Source: Acanthaster planci
Lineage: Eukaryota
Direction: 5' to 3'
Assembly: GCF_001949145.1 (NCBI RefSeq)
Contig: NW_019091405.1
Location: 806,001 to 868,000 of the forward strand
Length of the DNA stretch: 62,000 nt
Part shown: one piece after another, positions 58,036 to 62,000 of the stretch
Layout of the letters: each line of letters opens with the position of its first letter
How positions within the stretch are numbered: position 1 is the first letter of the stretch
Program-made: the position numbers and the translations under genes
Notes under the pieces: generated by a model
What the model saw: the letters and a program-made list of their open reading frames with translations, nothing else
Database searches by the model: none
Told to the model about the DNA's origin: nothing

Positions 58036-60569
58036 CAAGCTGTACCAACAGAACTCAGACCTCAGACTGCCTGATCATCATTGGAAAAGGCACTTGGATT
58101 GCGTAAGCAGCTGTGTTGTACTAGTGGATTTTCAATCCTGAGTGTCAAGTCACAGCAGTTTCTCAACACCAGTGCAAACCGGTTCCTCGCAAGTCGGACA
58201 CTGTCTGTCTCAGTGCAAACAGGTTCATGAAGACAGTCACAGCAGTTTCTGAACATCAGTGCAAACTGGTACAGTAGTTTATTGGCACTCCCAGGATTTG
58301 TCAAGGGGGCAGGTGTTGAGGGCTTGGACTGGAATTAATCCCCTTTCAAGATAACCCTGGATGGTCAAGCCCCACCCACACCCACACCCCCACCCTCAGT
58401 TGCACCACGGGGGACTTACATATGTACAGCTCAATAAGAGCCAGTAATTGAAGTTGCAGGTGTATATTGTATCTTCATTTTTCAGAAAGTAAAAACAGAA
58501 AACAAAACTGACCACACTGGGGGGAGGGGCTTAAGCTTTCCCTTTGGTGCACCACACCAGTACAAACCGGTCCCGCATGAGTTGGATTCAAGCCCCTGGA
58601 TACCCAACATACACAGATCTGCAGCTTTCCAAGTTCTCCTCTTGGAATTGGAATTGAGAAAAATAAATAGGGAGTGTGGACTCGTTGTGGAAGCTAGCAC
58701 TGAACTACCTTCGTCTGTCGGAATTCTCTTTGCACATGACACGTACAAGATACTAGTAAAGATATCCTGTGCCGTCTTTATACCATGTGCCACTTCAGGG
58801 TTGTGCAAGTTGCTTCTTGTCCTATCCCAGTTCTGAGAGATGACAAATCATGCAGTGCCTACCAGATATGTGTAGTTGATCACACAATCATGACAATACA
58901 ACTCGAAAGATTGTGGTACATGTATGTCACCAAGACTTAGGAGAAAATAAACACAAAAGTGAAGACTTCAGAAAGACTGATGGAATAACTCAACATTCTA
59001 TTGATTTTAAAAGTGTTTCAGCAATCCCAGCTTTAATGCATTCGTCGCCAGAGTTTACAGTGCATAGGGATACAGTAGTGACATGCTTAGTAGATCAAAT
59101 ATCTTTGAAAGTTTCCTAGTCATCCATGGGACATGAACCATAAGCCATTTCCTTTAACAAAACTAATTAAGAAAGACTGCACAGTTCAATATGGAGCTTG
59201 AGGAAAACCTCAAGGTTTATCAGGGGTTTTGTGGGGCACCTGGGGTAAAACCTTGAGTTCACCCTTGTGTAATCTTCCTTTTGTCTAGATAACATGGTCA
59301 GAATTATGCACCTTTTGCACGGGACGCGCTGAGCTATTTTCTGTAGGAATGTACGGTTTCCCGGAGTGCACCAGACACCCACTGAGGGGGTGTTGGAGGC
59401 AGATACATGTATGCATGTATTTCACTCCTTCGTTCCAACAATGCTGTTACTGCATAAAAGGGCAAACAGAACACAAGACAATGTCTCGTATCTTCAAGAC
59501 TTCAAAATAAAAATGTCACTTAAGTCACAGCGTTACTTCCAGAGAACACCTGTACTGAACACATCTGACTTAGTTTGAAAACAAAATGTTTATTCAGTAG
59601 CAAATAAATTTCTAGTATGAATGGACGCTAATTGGGCGCTAATCATACTGTGGGAATGACAGAGGTACACCTTGCTACAATGTTCCTACATGTTCCTAAA
59701 AATTTCTGAAAATCATGAAACACAGGAAACACTGCCGGGGGACCTCTGCAAGGTATTTTGCGTCAAATGATACACCTGTTGGAACAAAACTGAGTTAACA
59801 TATGAAAATAAGTTCACATTTCAGAATGCCGATGATTTTGTACAATGGAAATTTCTGGTACAAATGTTTAAACACTTTCATTTGTTTACAGTTCTGTAAG
59901 ATCTTTTGATCTTATTAATGGAATTACAAATTGCATTTTCCCATTTTTAACAGGATATTGAATTATTGCAGTCATAAAAGCCCAGGACAATTTTACACAG
60001 CGCCCAGAAAATTATGCCCAAACCAGTGCTACCACATGCGAACCTGTTTTATTTCTTTCTATCCAAATGCACTGTGGGATTATAGGGTCTTGATTTTAAA
60101 AAAATTGCAGTTGAGACCAACATGAAACCCAACAAGACCATTGTCAGGGTTTTTCCCACTACTAGACTTTGTCTCTAGCTTTGTGAAATTGATCTCCGAG
60201 TGAAGGCTTGCCATGATCAAACTAAATAGAAATACTTATTTTTTTTTTAACTCTATCGTCTGACTTACTATAGAGTCGACACCTTAAAAGTTTAGGGTTG
60301 AAATCAAGCGAAAACAATGTGTGCTGGGAAAAACCCTCAAGCCAATGCAAGACCCCCCACTCTGAATTCAAATGAAAGGCAATACATGCATATGCATTCT
60401 TGTGGGAGGGGGCATTATTCCGTTATATAAGACTGGACTTGAGTGGGCTTGAGATGGTCTCGACTACAATTATAAAAATAAAAAAATGAAACTTTCCATC
60501 TCCTGAAAATGTAACTAGGATGTACGTATACATGTAAAATTTAACTGGTTGAAATATGGCCAAGGTATC

Positions 60570-62000
60570 TTAAATTGAGTTTAGGATGGATTTTTCTAAC
60601 CTTGGGTCTGTCACTGGATTTGTCTCTGGGTCCGAACTCATTGGTAGGCCTTTGGAGGCGAGGAGGGACACCAAAGATTCAGCAATGGCCTTGATGGTCA
60701 CCGTAAAGCTTTCTCTAGATCCTTTATTTGGCAAACCATCAAAATGTGACCTAAACAGATACCTTTGTTTAGAGACTGTAAATGAAAACATTCTATTTTC
60801 ACAGACACATTTATAATCTAGAGCAACATACATGGAATTACATGTACCAGAATGTCCAGTTACACAGCACATTTCCTTTAGCTCTGAATCCATGCAAACA
60901 AAAGTCACTGCCACAAATTTGTACAAATGCACTGAATTCTAGATTCAGAAAATTCAAGGCTGAAGAAAACTCCATGATTCACTGTGTAGACTTGGCCGTG
61001 CATGTACTAGTAAAGTGTACAGTTGGCTAAGACATTCCAGCCCCGCATCCATTCTCATATACTTTGGAACACTAACACACACTAAAAGCATGTTTCCTGG
61101 GCTGCACTCGTGTGGTTGATGTACTCAATGCATCAACAGGAGCAAAAAAGCCAGTCATTTGGCAACAAAGCACCAACTCCGAAATGTCCGGAGCGCCGAG
61201 TCGTCCTACAGACACACTAATAAGGGCCAACCTTGCTCGCATGTAAGGATGTTCTTGAATGACCTACGTGAATAGCGTGGTTCATTTTTAAGCATAGGCT
61301 TTTTGAATGCATTCACTCACTGACGTAGTGTGAATACCCCTACCGAAAGCACACCGGTAACAATCTAGCCAATAATCCCATTCTAGTTCAAACCGTACCA
61401 AGTGCGTTCCCTAAGCCCTCCAACCAACGATCATTGATAGCAGCACTTTGAACTTGCCACAGATTGTATCAAGGCTAATGTGTCCCCAGTACAAGTGCAT
61501 GTATATACATACCTTGACGTCAGGTCATTTGACCACATTTTCCTACATGACTTAATACATGTACAGTACATAGTGATGCAACTTTCATTTTATACATGTT
61601 ATACAAAGTACAGACTTTTGTCACTCCAGCTGGAAACCGTCTGCTTTCCAAGGCTGGTGAGGTTACTGGTGCTCTGCCAATGCTTGATGGGAAGAAGTTG
61701 TCTTCTAGATCTTCAAAGTTTGTTGTGAAACAGTAAAAATGCTGGTCAGATTTATTCCATCATAAAATCGTGACAAAAATTGCTGCTACACCCTTTGTCT
61801 TTGTTTTACTCACGAAGTCTTTTCCCGTTTTGGAGATTTTTAATGCAGCGCTGGTCTAATGCAGTGAAAATGGCATTAGCTGAAGGCATGGTCATCGAGT
61901 GCCTTACAGTGCACCAGCTACGGACTGTCAGACTCCAATAGTATTCACGTGATCTGATATCCACTCACATATCTGGACACGACTTGGTTCTTTCTTATGA
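60570..62000 (-). CDS. Possible 3' exons of an unidentified minus-strand gene
   Basis: Candidate AG/GT-bounded exons 61513-61542 and 60570-60750 join in phase (KMWSNDLTSR-SHFDGLPNKG...SILNSI*). Further candidates at ~61814-61855 and 61969-62000. No recognisable domain, and the full exon chain is unresolved. Confidence 0.3.

Overview
Eukaryotic (invertebrate animal) genomic DNA with GT-AG spliced genes, many transposon remnants and assembly gaps. From left to right: (1) the 3' ~three-quarters of the spliceosomal SF1 helicase gene aquarius (AQR; + strand, 26 coding exons, 576-34565). Its introns carry a probable haplotype-duplication artefact, a Penelope GIY-YIG remnant, a full-length frameshifted piggyBac with related MITEs, and an internally deleted hAT element with a 6-bp TSD. 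Its last intron holds an antisense tandem cluster of three intronless paralogues of a secreted or GPI-type Cys-rich, stanniocalcin-like protein (one 256-aa ORF intact, the rest decayed). (2) A tRNA-headed repeat, then a gapped ~3.6 kb satellite built from TTAGGG plus a spacer. (3) A complete 8-exon proteinase K-like S8 subtilase on the - strand (43340-53133). (4) Head-to-head with it, a complete 5-exon CINP gene (53981-58035). (5) Possibly the 3' end of an unidentified - strand gene. Gene identities come from my recollection of family sequences; no database search was run.
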